In this document: positions 25,148 through 38,114 of the stretch, piece after piece
Position numbering within the stretch: position 1 is the first letter of the stretch
Layout: each line of letters opens with the position of its first letter
Source of the DNA: Hypanus sabinus
Taxonomy: Eukaryota
Direction: 5' to 3'
NCBI RefSeq assembly: GCF_030144855.1
Contig: NC_082732.1
Span: 26,350,001 to 26,414,000, forward strand
Length of the DNA stretch: 64,000 bases
Notes under the pieces: generated by a model
Databases searched by the model: none
What the model was told of the DNA's origin: nothing
The model's input: only the letters and a program-made list of their open reading frames with translations
Position numbers and translations under genes: made by a program

Positions 25148-27231
25148 CTTTTGTACGTGTTGATTTGACCACAGCAACTACAGTATACTTTGTTTTCGAC
25201 TTGTTCCCCCACATTCTTAAACTTAATTAACATTAATCTTTCCTCTTTTGGTGTTTTAGCTTTGAAATTCCTGGCATTAATAAAGTCAGGTAGCATGGCT
25301 TATTTTCAACTGCGCTGTATCGACCCCTAGTTTATCACAATTAAATGTACAAACGTAAATCCAAACCAAAGATGGTCAAAACTAATAACAACATGCGAAT
25401 AAATACGTAAAAGAACACAAGGGGAAACCAACGACATATACACAATGCAAAAATAGTTAACATAAAATAACAGTTATATCAAATCTACAAGTTTTGGTTT
25501 CCAAAACACGGTATTTTTTTTAATCAGGACCATGTTATTCCTACTCTTTCCTCCACCTCCATCCAATTCCACAATTTCACACGCGCAAATAATTATAGAG
25601 AGAAAAATTAAGATCGGTTTGAAATTAATTGTTGACAGCTTTGCATTGATCCAACCTAGATTGTTCAGAAAAGCAGTAACACTGAAAGCACAAGTGAATT
25701 TTCATTTTTTCCTCCCTCTGCAATATTAAGATACTGGCTATAAATCTATAAATCCTTCTTACATCACTGAAATTTTCAGATTTGAACCTTCTTTACCAAA
25801 GGAAAATAATCAAGGCAGCAAAAAGGGCAGAAAGGCCAAAGTTTTACTTTTGTCTATTTTAGGCATAAACCCATGATTTTAAGATCATAGGGTAAATTGT
25901 AATTAAAATTTTTAAACAAACAGTAAATATGCACTTTCATCAATGTTCTGCCCACAGTAACTTAGTTTTTGCAAGCTGTTAACTTTAATTCATTGATAAA
26001 AGTCAAGAGTTTGAGGATTCTAATCAGTATCAAGAATTAAGCACATAACCCAATGTGAGAATTTAGGACAGTACTGAGAGAGTACTGTATTGTCGGAAAT
26101 ATTATCTGTTCATTCTAGAGGAAACAAATGATCCATTATACTGGAGTCTGGAGATCTCCACAGTTATCTGGCCTACACTTCTGTCAATCAACATGTCCAA
26201 GACAGTTATTTCTCTCATTGTTCTTGTGGAGCTTGCTGTTTCACAGATGTTATTTGGTTTACAAGATAAACAATTAATTTTTATAACAAAGCTGAGAGCT
26301 TGATGCAGCAAAACCCAGCCATTGTATTAAATGCCAGGGCATTTATAACCTTTATAAATGTTATAAATTTAAAATGCTGAAATGAGAATAAAGATCAAAA
26401 ACATACTACAGCCCGCAGTGAAAAGAAAAAGTGATGGTCCATGCATGTCAAAAACAAATTCAATAATTTGTCTGACATACTACTGTGGATTTTGTTATTT
26501 CCCACCCCACACAGTACCTACAACCAAAGGAGGAGGAAACCAAGTTCAGTGACACAGTAACATTATTTAATGATTTCAAAAACAATATCTCAAACATAAA
26601 TTAGTATCTCTATTTAACACATTTCAATGCATTAATTTTAATGCATTCAGTATCAGTTCAGTATCAATGTTTTTGATGTGGCTGTATTTAAATTTTAGGC
26701 AACGGAGGGAGTAAAACACCTAACAAGGAGAAGAAGGTTACAATGATCATTTGAACCCCCCCCCCCTTACAAAACAGTGATGTAACTTGGGCAAATAATT
26801 AGACTCTCGGGTATTCAGGCTTAAAATTCTGTTAATTCACTCATCCATTGCACATTTTAAGCTGACTCTAAATCCCTTTCAAGGTCAGATTTTCAGCAGT
26901 CAAATATTAAATATCCAAAACAGTTAACCAAAACAGTTAAAGTCCTCTATTCTTATTGTGCACCTTCAAATCTCAATTTTTTTCACAATTTTTGTCTTTC
27001 ACACATTTGTTGGGTGGAGATTCACTCTACAATCCCAAACTTCCTCACACACCAACTTGGCAATACTATTAAAAAAAATAACAATACAGTTTGCAAATTC
27101 TTGCAAGAATCAATCAACTGTCCCACATCAATCACCTCAAGTATTATCAACATGCAATTATAGAAGCTTTTCTTATTTCACTTAGGGAAGAGGTAAACAT
27201 AACCACGTCATTAAAAGATGCAAGTCAGTAG

Positions 27232-27237
27232 TTTATT
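27232..27237 (-). terminator. Candidate EMC1 polyadenylation signal (AATAAA on minus); an ATTAAA candidate lies at 26566-26571
   Basis: Hexamer about 660 nt downstream of the stop codon; usage not verifiable from sequence. Confidence 0.35.
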
Positions 27238-27896
27238 ATCCAATTAATTGTTTTGGGATTGCAGATGATGCTGAAGGGTGGACAGTGTTACAGGGAAGAC
27301 AACATCACCTAGTGGCATGGTGAATTCAGCTCTTATGAAAACAGTGTGTATCCTGCCTCACAGGCGTGAGTTAGACTGAAGGGACATTGTCAGAATGATA
27401 GACAAAAAGACCAAGATTTTCTGTCCAATGAGGGACAATGAAGCTAGTGTCCAGCATTCATATTTATAGGGAACCTGAGCTTGAGGCAACATCCATCTTC
27501 AAATAATGTATCAACCAGTTCTAAAAATGCAGCAAAGGCTAAAGATTAAAAGCAGAGCACCAGGAAACATTCAAATTCAGCAGACATTAATTGTCACACA
27601 TAACCTTCAAAAGTTCCCCTTTCATCTCCTAGCCACTTTAGATGAACAAAAATACCATTCATCTCAAAAAAATTCTGATCAATAGATACAAATTAATTTT
27701 TACAACAATGAAACCAACTTTTCATAAAATCTGCTCGTGAAAGTGTCCGTCACTCTGTTTCCAACTGAGAGTGTGTTACCAAAAATATACATAGTATGTA
27801 CATGGGTACAAGAACATTTGTGTCCTTATTAAGGATGCACCCATCTTCAGCTCCACTCAATGAGGAGACAACTATACTCTTAAAACGTGATGACAT

Positions 27897-28097
<201 letters not shown>

Positions 28098-28409
28098 TCA
28101 CTGGTTAGATCTAGGGTGCCAGTGATTCTCTTCCCACTAAAACAAAGCTCCTGTTGGGCTTAGCCCTTCCAAGGAATGGTTGTACTAATTACTTGTTTTC
28201 TTTCAAGGCCTTGATCATGTCTGGAGAAGAAACACACAGCATCTACCTGTATGATTGAGGAGTTCCACCATTAGCTGTAATATAGAATATTCTGCAGTAA
28301 TTGTGTATGCTACTGAAATCCCAACTTAGACAAGTTATTAAAGATCACAGTGCTAGGAATAAAGTCTGACACATTATGAAGTTGGAGTTAATTGTTAAAG
28401 ATCTAGTTT

Positions 28410-29527
28410 CAGGGTACTTGAAGGGACATGACAAAATAGGCCAAAGTCAGCATGGTTTCCTTAAGGAAAATCTTGCCTGACAAACCTGATGGAATTCTTT
28501 GAAGAAACAACAAGCAGGATAGAGAAAGCAGAATTGGTGGATATTGTGTACTTGGATTTTCATAAGGCCTTTGACAAAGTGCCACACATGAAGGAAACAT
28601 ACTAACATGGATAGAGCATTGGCTGATTGGCAGGAGGGAAAGTGTGGGGAAAAAGGAATCCTTTTTGGACTAGCTGCCAGAGACTACTGGTGTTCCGCAG
28701 GGGTCTGTTTTCAGGCAGCTTCTTGTTTTGTTATACATCAATGATTTGAATGAAGGAATTCATTGCTTTGTGGCCAGGTTTTTTTTTTAATGGGGAGAAA
28801 ATTCAAAAATATGAGATGCAAAGGGACTTGGGAATGCTTACACAGGATTACTAAAAGGTTAATTTGCAGATTGAATTGGTGGTAAGGCAAATGCAATGTT
28901 TGCATTTATTTCAAGAGGACTAGAATACAAAAGCAAAGATGTAATGCTGAGGCTGTAAAAGGCACAGGCGGGGCTCACTTGGAGTATTGTGAGCAGTTTC
29001 AGACCCCTTATTCAAGAAAGGATGTACTGACGTTGGAGAAGATTCAGAGGAGGTTCACAAGAATGATTCCAGGAATGAAAGGGTTATCATTTGAGCAGTG
29101 ATTTGGGCTTGTACTAGCTGGAACTTAGAAGAATGATGGGGGGGGGGAGAGTATCTAATTGAAGCCTATCGAATATTGAAAGTCCAAGATGAAGGTGAAG
29201 ATGTTTCCTTTGGTGGGTGAGTCTAGCACCAGAGAGCACAGACTCAGAATAGAAGAATGTCTTTTTAGACCAGAGGTAAGGAGGAATTTCGTTTGCCAGA
29301 GGATGGAAAATCTGTGGAATTCATTGCCACAGGCTGCTGTGGAGGCTAAGTCACTGGGTACATTTAAAGCAGATATTGATATGTTCTTGGTTAGTCAGGG
29401 CATTAAAGGTTATGGGGAGAAGGCGAGTATGAGGTTAAGAGGGAAATGGATTGGCCATGATGAAATGGCAGAATACATTCAAATGGGCCGAATGGCCCAA
29501 TTCTACTCCTATGTCTTATGGTCTTAT
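28410..29527 (+). mobile_element. CR1 LINE 3' part, internally deleted
   Basis: cagcatggtttcc..cttgcctgacaaacct..ttggattttcataaggcctttgacaaagt (QHGF, SCLTNL, LDF.KAFDKV) and NLWNSLPQ 3' end. Confidence 0.85.
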
Positions 29528-30297
29528 AAAACTCACTATGTTCAGATATAGCCAAGTGATTTCAGCCAAGCAATAAAAATAAATAGATATACATAGCACA
29601 TGTCTGTAGACTATTTAACATAAGCTGCCTTTGATATCAGTGCTCACAATATTCTATTTACCCTATGGATTTAAGAGTGATGCTGTTAACAAAAGTAGGC
29701 AATAAGAAACTAACAGTGTTACTGATTGCTAAGGCAAAAACGACATTGCACAAGTACATGTTACAGAATGGAGGTCAGTCACACATTGGGACATGATCAC
29801 ATTCCATTTCTGTGGTCTCAGACAGAACTGACTAGTTGGTCCCCTGCCTGTCAAGCTGGATAAACAAGGTTAATGAATACTAAGAGACATTGGTTTGGCT
29901 CAGAGTCAGTGAGCAGGGTGTCTGGTGAATAAGATGAAACATCCCAGAACTATCTATCATCTGTTATAAGATGGTTAAGTTCTCTCACTATACCTTATTA
30001 GGCAGCTGGGTGAGTATGTATGCAATCAATTGTTAAAATTATTCATCTATAAAAGCTGGAGATTAACTAGCACTTGAACAGATCTGGGTCCTTTGTAATT
30101 CTTAAATTGCTAGTTTTCACTAACACACAGTAAACTGCAGTTTGGCAGCCATGCACCAGATCAACCAGTACAATAAACTGGTTCCGTGGCTGGCTACAAC
30201 AGGACCAGACAATTAAGGGCATTAATGGTCATCGTTAATTGTTCCTAGTGATAGATGCTGTCAAAGACCAAAAGACAAAAGGCTGGGTCATACTCAC

Positions 30298-30427
30298 AAG
30301 GCAAGTGGACTCCAGACCAGATGGAGCTGTGTAAATCCCCCGTACTCTGGAAACAGACTGATTGTAGTTGATATACCATTCTGATCGGATTGGTAGTTCA
30401 GGAGCATAAGGAATTAAATTCTCCTCT
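30298..30427 (-). CDS. EMC1: EMC1 coding exon 21
   Basis: [43 protein letters not shown]; 130 nt. Confidence 0.96.
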
Positions 30428-30769
30428 CTGAAAGAGAAAGTAATAAGTGTTTAAAGTAAAAATGACTTAAAATTCTTATGTTACAAAGCACTATGACAGC
30501 TTAAAAATAGCGGGACAGGAACAGGGGTAACTTCTATCATTCAATGATATCATACCTGATCAGTGAACACTTCTCCACATTTCCTAATGCCTTTGGCTAA
30601 AAATCTAATATTAATATTCGATCAACAATAATTCCTGTTTTCAGATAAGGTCTACCTCATTCACGTAAACATGAATCCTAATTTCACTTCTGAAAACCCA
30701 ATTCTAATATTTAGTCTATTACCCACTATTCCCAGATAATCCTAATCGGCAAAAAGTGTTATCTTTAAT

Positions 30770-30940
30770 ACAAGAGATCCTGCAGATGCTGGAAATCTTG
30801 AGCAATACACACAAAAAGTTGGAGGAACTCATCAAGTAAGAGAGCATCAATGAAAGGGAAAAACATTCAATGTTTCAGACTGAGACCTTTCATCAGGACC
30901 ATTGAAGGGATGCTGATGAAGGGTCTTGGCCCAAATAGTT
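30770..30940. mobile_element. Short Penelope-derived fragment with two inverted, decayed hammerhead-like cores
   Basis: tgcagatgctggaaatc..ggaggaactc; gagacctttcatcagg facing ctgatgaagggtcttggccc. Confidence 0.65.
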
Positions 30941-31717
30941 ATCTCTATCTAGCCTAAATAACTTTAATTAATACCCTGAAACCATCTCTCAGATCCATGC
31001 CACGCTCCTAAATTCCAGGAACTAATTCTGGTAAATATTACAAGACCATTATATTATTTTAAACAAGATTCTAAATGTGTGCTAACCAATACATTTATAG
31101 CTAAAGAACAAGTTCTGTCTCCTGTCCTTAAGATATAAAGGTCAGCATTATCATCTTCACCTACTAATAATCTATGTACCGAGACCTTATATCATTTACC
31201 ATTTACCAAGTATAATATTCTATCTTTTTTTTGGTACACAAACGATGTGGTTGGTTTTACCATATACTTAACCTGGTTAATGCTGCCTTGAATATTGCCG
31301 TTGATAAATTTGGATATGAACTAGTCAAAGACATCGTGAATAGTTATTGCTGTAACATGGACCCTTGACGGATCCCACTGAAGACATCCTGCCAATTATC
31401 CTTCCTGCCATTCAACCAACTAATTAGCCCCATCAATTGTCTTCAACCGTCTCCACCCCAAGTTCCAGCATTAGCACTCTTCCTGGACACTAGAATACTA
31501 CAGCCCTTGATATTGTGCCGACCGACCTCTCATGAGGACATTGCCAAATGCTTTCTCGATCTAAAGATAATCAACAGCTGTGAATATCCTCCAAGTACTT
31601 CTCGATAATCTTCAAAAAAGGTTCTTCTGATGTGACCCACCTTAACAAATCTCTGCGAGGTTTACCCAATCAACTGAATACATTTCCTGTATCAAATACG
31701 GGAGTGTGTCAACTTAC

Positions 31718-31802
31718 CGGCTTTGCTCCGATGGAACTTCTGGCCGTCGAGGATCCAAAAACGCTTTTGGTAAAGAAAGGATTCCTCCAGAGTGTAATGC
31801 AA
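31718..31802 (-). CDS. EMC1: EMC1 coding exon 20
   Basis: [29 protein letters not shown]; 85 nt. Confidence 0.96.
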
Positions 31803-31959
31803 CTGACAGACAGAAAAGTATTGATTAGAATGAAAGATTAATTGGGGGCACAATAAGTCAATCCAAATCCATCATTCACTGGTATATAGAATGGTAGCAT
31901 CTATTGCAAAGAGAGATTTATTCAGCCTATCACATCAATACTTGAGCGCTAAAGCCTCT

Positions 31960-33170
31960 GTACCTCTCTCTGCAACTCAATCCTTGACTTGCTTATCAGG
32001 ACAGCAGTTGGTGCAGATTGGAAATAACAGCTCCTCCTCAAAGTTCAAAGTACATTTATTGTTGAAGTATGAATATACTATACAACCTTGAGATTTGTCT
32101 CCTCACAGGCAGTTTCAAGACAAAAAACCCAAAAGAACCCATTATAAAACAAAATCCAACAAACTCAAATGTGCAGAGAGAGAGAGAAAAAAAAAACAAG
32201 TTGTGCAACCAATAAAAGCAAGCAAAAAGCATTCAGAATGAAAGCGAGTCCATGGACACAAAGCCTAGAATGGCCCACAGCCTCATCCTCAGCACACAGC
32301 ACAGAAAACATTACGGAGCACGCAGACACAAAGCACGGAGCAGCCAGAGCAGGCACACAGCAAAGAGTGCAGCAAATGTCACAGAACAGTGAGGAGAACT
32401 GGCTCAACCCTCACGTCTGGTCCCAACCCACTACCATTTCAATCCATCAGCCCAGCGTTTCTATCATCCATACAATCACTGACAGTCAACACCAGTGCAC
32501 CTCAAGGATGTGTTCTTAGCCCACTGCTCTACTATCTACACTCATGACTGTGTGGCTAGGCACAGCTCAAACACCATGTATAAATTTGCTAATCACAAAA
32601 CCATGGTTGGCATCATTTCACATAGTGATGAGATGTACAGAAATGAGACAAATCAGCTAACTGAGTGCCTCCACAACAACTCAGTATCAGTAAGACCAAG
32701 GAAGTGACTGTGGACTTCAGGAAGGGGAAGTCGAGGGAACACACACCAGTCCTCATCGAGGGATCAGCACTGGAAGGGTGAGCAGCTTCAAGTTCATGGG
32801 TGTTAACATCTCTGAAGATCTGTCCTGGGTATATCATACTGATGCAATCACACAGAAGGTACGATAGCAGCTACATTTCATTAGGAGTTTGAGAAGACTT
32901 GATATTTCACCAAAGACTCTAGGAAATTTCTACAGATGTACTGTGGAGAACAGTCTAACTGGTGGCATCACTATTTGGTATGGAGGGCCACTGCACAGGA
33001 TTGGAAAGTTGCTAACCTGGGCAGCTCCATCCCCAGCAGAGGACAACTTCAAAAGACAATGCCTCAAAAAGGTGGCATCTATCACTAAGGACAATCCCCA
33101 ACCCCCCCACCCCTCCCCATTACCCAAGACACCCCCCTCTTCTCATTGCTACCATCAGATTTCTGAACGG
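31960..33170 (+). mobile_element. Rex1/Babar-type LINE RT fragment interrupted by an opposite-strand LINE tail (about 32040-32470)
   Basis: IYTHDCVARHSSNTMYKFA, LGNFYRCTVENSLTGGITIWYG. Confidence 0.75.
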
Positions 33171-33471
33171 ATAATGAAAACAAGTTTAGCCTACTTTGCT
33201 TTGTAAGACCTTTCAATTATTTTTAAACTCCACTATGCATCTGTCCATTTATTTCTCCCTGTAACAAAAGTCAATCAATCTCGACATAGTCCCTACAAAT
33301 CACTTCTGCACTCATTCCTTGGGTCTGCTATCACAATATGCTAACTGTGGCAAATAAACCATTAGTAACATGCAGAAATTTAAGATATGTCAGAGGATTT
33401 CAAAAATCAGCAAATAACAAATCAATAATCATAAAACTAGCAATTTAATTTATGGAATGCTTGACTTTTTT

Positions 33472-33765
33472 GGGGCGGCACAGTAGCGTAGTGGTTAACA
33501 CGCTTTACACTACCGTTGAACCAGGTTCAATTCCCGCCACTGTCTGTCAGGAGTCTGTATGTTCACCCCGTGACCACGTGGGTTTCCTCCCAGTGCTCCC
33601 ATTTCCTCCCACAGTCAAAGATGTACTGGTTAGTAGGTGAATTATTTGTTGTAAATTGTCCTGTGATTAGGCTAGGGTTTAATGGGGATTGCTGGGTGGC
33701 ACGGTGCAGCTTGAAGGCCGGGAGGACCTACTCCTTGCTGCATCTCAAGAAATTAATAAGAAATA
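33472..33765 (+). mobile_element. tRNA-derived SINE (HE1/V-SINE-like)
   Basis: A box TAGCGTAGTGG, B box GGTTCAATTCC, V-domain-like gtgggtttcctcc..gtgctcc..tttcctcccacagtcaaaga, A-rich tail. Confidence 0.8.
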
Positions 33766-33900
33766 ATCCAAAAAGAAAAAAAGCATTCAACATAACTTAT
33801 AGCACAGTAACTGGGCCTGTCTTGTGTCCCATCAGCCCAGAACAGAGAGGCCCCACTCTACAGCTCCCCATTGCGTGACCAAGAAAGGTCTTCCACTTAC

Positions 33901-34111
33901 TCAGCAGGTGACGACTAGTGATCCCTTTCTCAGTGATTGTGGATTCCACCAGACTGATGGCTGATGGAAATATATATGACTGCTGAAAGATGATGGGAGA
34001 GAAAGGACGGTCAAGCGAACTGAACGCTGTGCTGTTGTATTGCTCTGTTCCCTCATATAGTTCCAAAACAGTCATCTCATTCCTCCGGGATTTTGTATTC
34101 CAATACTTGTA
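33901..34111 (-). CDS. EMC1: EMC1 coding exon 19
   Basis: [36 protein letters not shown]...[12 protein letters not shown]; 211 nt. Confidence 0.96.
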
Positions 34112-34831
34112 CTAGCAAAGGAACAGCAGACAACAGAGTTAGGAATGAGTCATGCATTACAAGTCAAGTATAGATAGAGACAAGAAGCTAATTTAACCCT
34201 AGCAAAGAAACAGTAGAAAGAACAAAAGTTCAGGAAAAAGAACTGAAAGCAGGTGAAGGTGAGCTGATGAGATTGAGCACCCAGTGTAGTATTCATTCCA
34301 AAAAGGTCTCATATCCACTGATGGTAGAAAAATCACACTCACAGCTAAGGTTCACACACAAATCAGATGTGGAAACTTAATGCACAAGTGTTGCATTTCA
34401 GTAACAAAATATTTCTTTCCTTGAAAACTTGTATACAGAATCAAAAGATAAAAAATGTACAATGATATTTTATTGCAAATCCAGATATCAAAATCATCAT
34501 TCATCTTTTTATCCATTTTAAGCCAATATTTAGAAATTCTTATTGGGAACATACTCAGCTGGATCTCAGTTGAAGTCTGGATTGAACACCGTTCTAACGC
34601 CCACTGCAACTAACTGGCACACCAATTTAACACTTTTTGCTTCTGCAGCATACATCACATATAGATACATATTGCTACATATAGGCAAGAGGAAAGCAGA
34701 GGTATTATGAAAGGAGAAAGATGAAGGAGAAATTAAGCAAAGATATTTGGAGGGTGGAATCTTAATGGCTAAGACAGGCTTGTTGTGGATGATGAACTAT
34801 TTCCCCAATTTACTATATTCTCCATCCTTAC

Positions 34832-35005
34832 CACTACCCAGTTCTCCGAATGCACAACATTAACAGGTCCCCTTGCTTTCCGCTGCACAGACTCGTGAAT
34901 GATTCTTCCAGTCACCCCGTCAATAAGGTAGATGCAAATGAAGGCACGTTCATGGTGCGTGTCTGTGCTCTCAGACACCACTGCCAGTAAATTAGGATTC
35001 AGATA
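34832..35005 (-). CDS. EMC1: EMC1 coding exon 18
   Basis: [58 protein letters not shown]; 174 nt. Confidence 0.96.
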
Positions 35006-35425
35006 CTGGAAAACAAGACTCAGACATCAGAAGACAGCTGGAAATTAAATGTTACAATAAAAACAATGTATAATACAGTTATAATGCATTGCTACAGTTA
35101 AAAAGATCCTTCCCCATTTTGTTCATTATTTTCTACTTGCAATGCCAATCTACTTTTACTTTCTTATTTGGAGATATCAGAGTACAGTTCAGAACGATCC
35201 TGGGTTTTCATTACAGTCAGATTTCTATGTTTTAACAAGAGGTCGAGAACATAACTTGGGACTAAATTGTAGGCTGACTCAAGGTGCGTTTTACCATATA
35301 CACTGCACTAAGGGCTTACTGTGGGCACATTCAAGTACTGCCTAATACTGAAATTAAAATGACATTAACATGTCTAAGGTTATAACAGAGGCAAGCTAAA
35401 AGCATGGTATCCCTACTGCCAGTAC

Positions 35426-35563
35426 CTTATAAAGGACACTCCGGTCTCCCATGACTCGGCCTTGAGAATGCACGTGCTCATTCGATCGCTTTCCCTTCAC
35501 AATCACAATTTTTTGTGTGTCTGTTGGAATCACCACTTCCCAAATTTCTTGCGTTCCAAGATC
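35426..35563 (-). CDS. EMC1: EMC1 coding exon 17
   Basis: [46 protein letters not shown]; 138 nt. Confidence 0.96.
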
Positions 35564-36160
35564 CTGCAAGTGAATTCAATAATTGAACTGCTCACTGGTA
35601 GAAAAAAAAACACAAACCATCAGCATTCATTTTGACAGGAGCAATTAGATTTTTTTTTAAAGAGTAAAAGTGACCATGAAACTAACACTAATTTTTGCAA
35701 AGCGTACAACTAGTTCATATATATCCTTTGGGAGAGAGAAAAAAAATCTCCATCTTATCTGGTCGGGAATATAGTACAGCAGGAGAATAGGCCCTTCGGC
35801 CCACTACATCAGTGCTGACTATATCATTAAATTAGACTAATCCCATCTGCTTGCACATATATAGAACATATACATGCAACACCAATCCTATACCAATTTG
35901 TTTACTCTTAAAGCTCCCTTGAAGTAGCCTACTGAACCTCCCAGTTGTGCTAAACTGCTTCTCACCTGCCAAGAAACAACTTTTAAACAACCACAGTATA
36001 TTAGGCTATTCTGTTAATTTCCTGTTTATACCAGCTACTACTTTAGCATGTCTACACAGTTACAGCAAAGCAAAATATGTTACATGCTGTTATGTATCCA
36101 TTGTCCTGGATCCTGGACTCTTCAGTTGATTAAACACAGGTTTAAAACTGATTACACCAC

Positions 36161-36280
36161 CTTGTGTAGACTGTATCCATTCAACTTTCCCAAAACAGGG
36201 TCCACCAAGTAGAAGAATATCACAGGGGCCGAGTTCTGCAGCTGCTGCAAGATATTTCTGCTTGAAGGGAAGACCATAAC
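36161..36280 (-). CDS. EMC1: EMC1 coding exon 16
   Basis: VMVFPSSRNILQQLQNSAPVIFFYLVDPVLGKLNGYSLHK; 120 nt. Confidence 0.93.
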
Positions 36281-37269
36281 CTGCAAAGAAAAAGAAAACA
36301 GTCACCTTTCTTTGCTTTACAACAATATTCAATAGACAGATCACGGTGAAGGAGTCCAGAAGACTTCAGCATTCCCAGATGGAAGACAAAATTTTAGTTG
36401 TTAAGTTTATGTTCAGACTCAGTGGAAAAGCACAATTGACCACTGACAAATAGGTCCAAGTTGGAGTAAGATGGAGAATTGAAATGACAAGCAACTGTAA
36501 GCTTAGAGCCATTTCAGAGGACTGAATGAAGGTGCTGTGTAAAGTGGTCCCTCATTCTAATGTTAGTCTCCACCAAGCAAATGGCTTTATCATGAGTTTA
36601 TCAACACAACAGCCCTGCCTTTCCACCTTCTCACTTATTGCCTGTGATGCCAGCTGGCAATGAGGGTCCCCCATCCACCTGTCCTTGGCCAATTTTGGTC
36701 TTGGTTTTGGCAGCATTCAGGAATTACTACATCGCGTCAGTAACTTCCTCTCAGTTATCACTACCATCAGCCATGAAAGTCCCAGGTGGAGACTCAGGAA
36801 GACCACCACACACAGACGCAAAAGGATTCTTCATTGCTGTTTCTAAAACAGTTTTCTTTATGACTAGTTGAGGTTGTTAGCCCCGAGCTGAACCTGGAGG
36901 ACCGGTGGACCACTCTTAGTCTGGTTTCTACCCTTTGGCATGTTTAGCATGGATGACCCTACCAAGAGCCAAAGTACAACGTCCTTACTCCAGCCAACAT
37001 CACTCTCCAGGTCATTGAGGTATGCAAGCCTCCCAATTCACAACAAGTTTGTGGTCTTCTTTGAGGATTCCCATCTTCACCTTAAATCTAACTTGTTTTG
37101 CCTCTTACGCAATTCAGACAAATAGTCATTGGCTCATTTTTCTGAAGTATTAACTCTGTTCTTCAAACTCAATGAGTTTCTGTTTTGGTTTCATATTTCT
37201 AGCACCTGTTTTTTTTTTTTGGTTTCAAGGTCCTGTAACTGTTGTGCCACTGAACTCAGTTAACTACAT

Positions 37270-37800
37270 ATATTCAGTAGCATTTTATTAGGTACACCTG
37301 TATTCCTGTTCAGTAATGTAAACATCTCATCAGCCAATCAATTGGTAGCAATTCAATGCATAAAACATGCAGCTGTGGTCAAGAGATTCAGATGTTGATC
37401 AGAATAAGAAAGAAATGTGATCCAAGTGATTTTGACCACGGAATGATTTTTGGTGCCAGATGGGGTAGTTCGAGTATCTTGGAAATATTTTGTCTTCTGG
37501 GGATTTTCATACACAACAGTCTGTAAAGTTTACAGAGAATAGTGACAAAATCATCCAGAGAGTGGCAGCCCTGTAAATGAGAAAGGTCTGAGGAGAATGG
37601 CCAGACTGGTCCAAGCTGACAGAAAAGTGACAGTAGCTCAAATAACCAAATATTAAAACTGCTGTTCAGAAGAGCATCTCTAAATGCACAACACATCAAA
37701 CCCTGAAGTGGATAGGCAGCAGTAGTAGAAAACCACAAACATACACAGTGGCCTCTTTAATAGGTACTGGTGCAACTTAATAAAGTGGCTACTGGGTGTA
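37270..37800 (+). mobile_element. Non-autonomous Tc1-like DNA transposon
   Basis: Imperfect TIRs cagtagcattttattaggt ... acttaataaagtggctactg, TA flanks, transposase N-terminal remnant. Confidence 0.8.
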
Positions 37801-37952
37801 TTTTATTCTGAATTAATATATGAAAAACAGCTGTCTAATAAGAACAGTTGAATGGCAATTTAATATCCTGCAATACATCACAATCAGCAACAAAATCAAT
37901 GGCCAACGAATCAGTCCAATTAATCCACTATCACAATGAGATTTGGCATTAC

Positions 37953-38114
37953 CTTATGCTCATCATCAATTAGAAGCAGGACTTTCGCATAATCCTGGTC
38001 CACAATTGGAAGCAGCAAAGACTGAAGAATAGGGCGGGTCAAAGTTGGTGGATTGATCTGACTCCGCTTTCCAAAGATTGGATTGAAAACATGAAGAGAA
38101 CTTAATCCAGTTTC
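37953..38114 (-). CDS. EMC1: EMC1 coding exon 15
   Basis: [54 protein letters not shown]; 162 nt. Confidence 0.96.

Noticed and set aside
33472-33545. tRNA-like A/B boxes
   Set aside because: Head of a SINE; no complete cloverleaf, and it continues into the SINE body.
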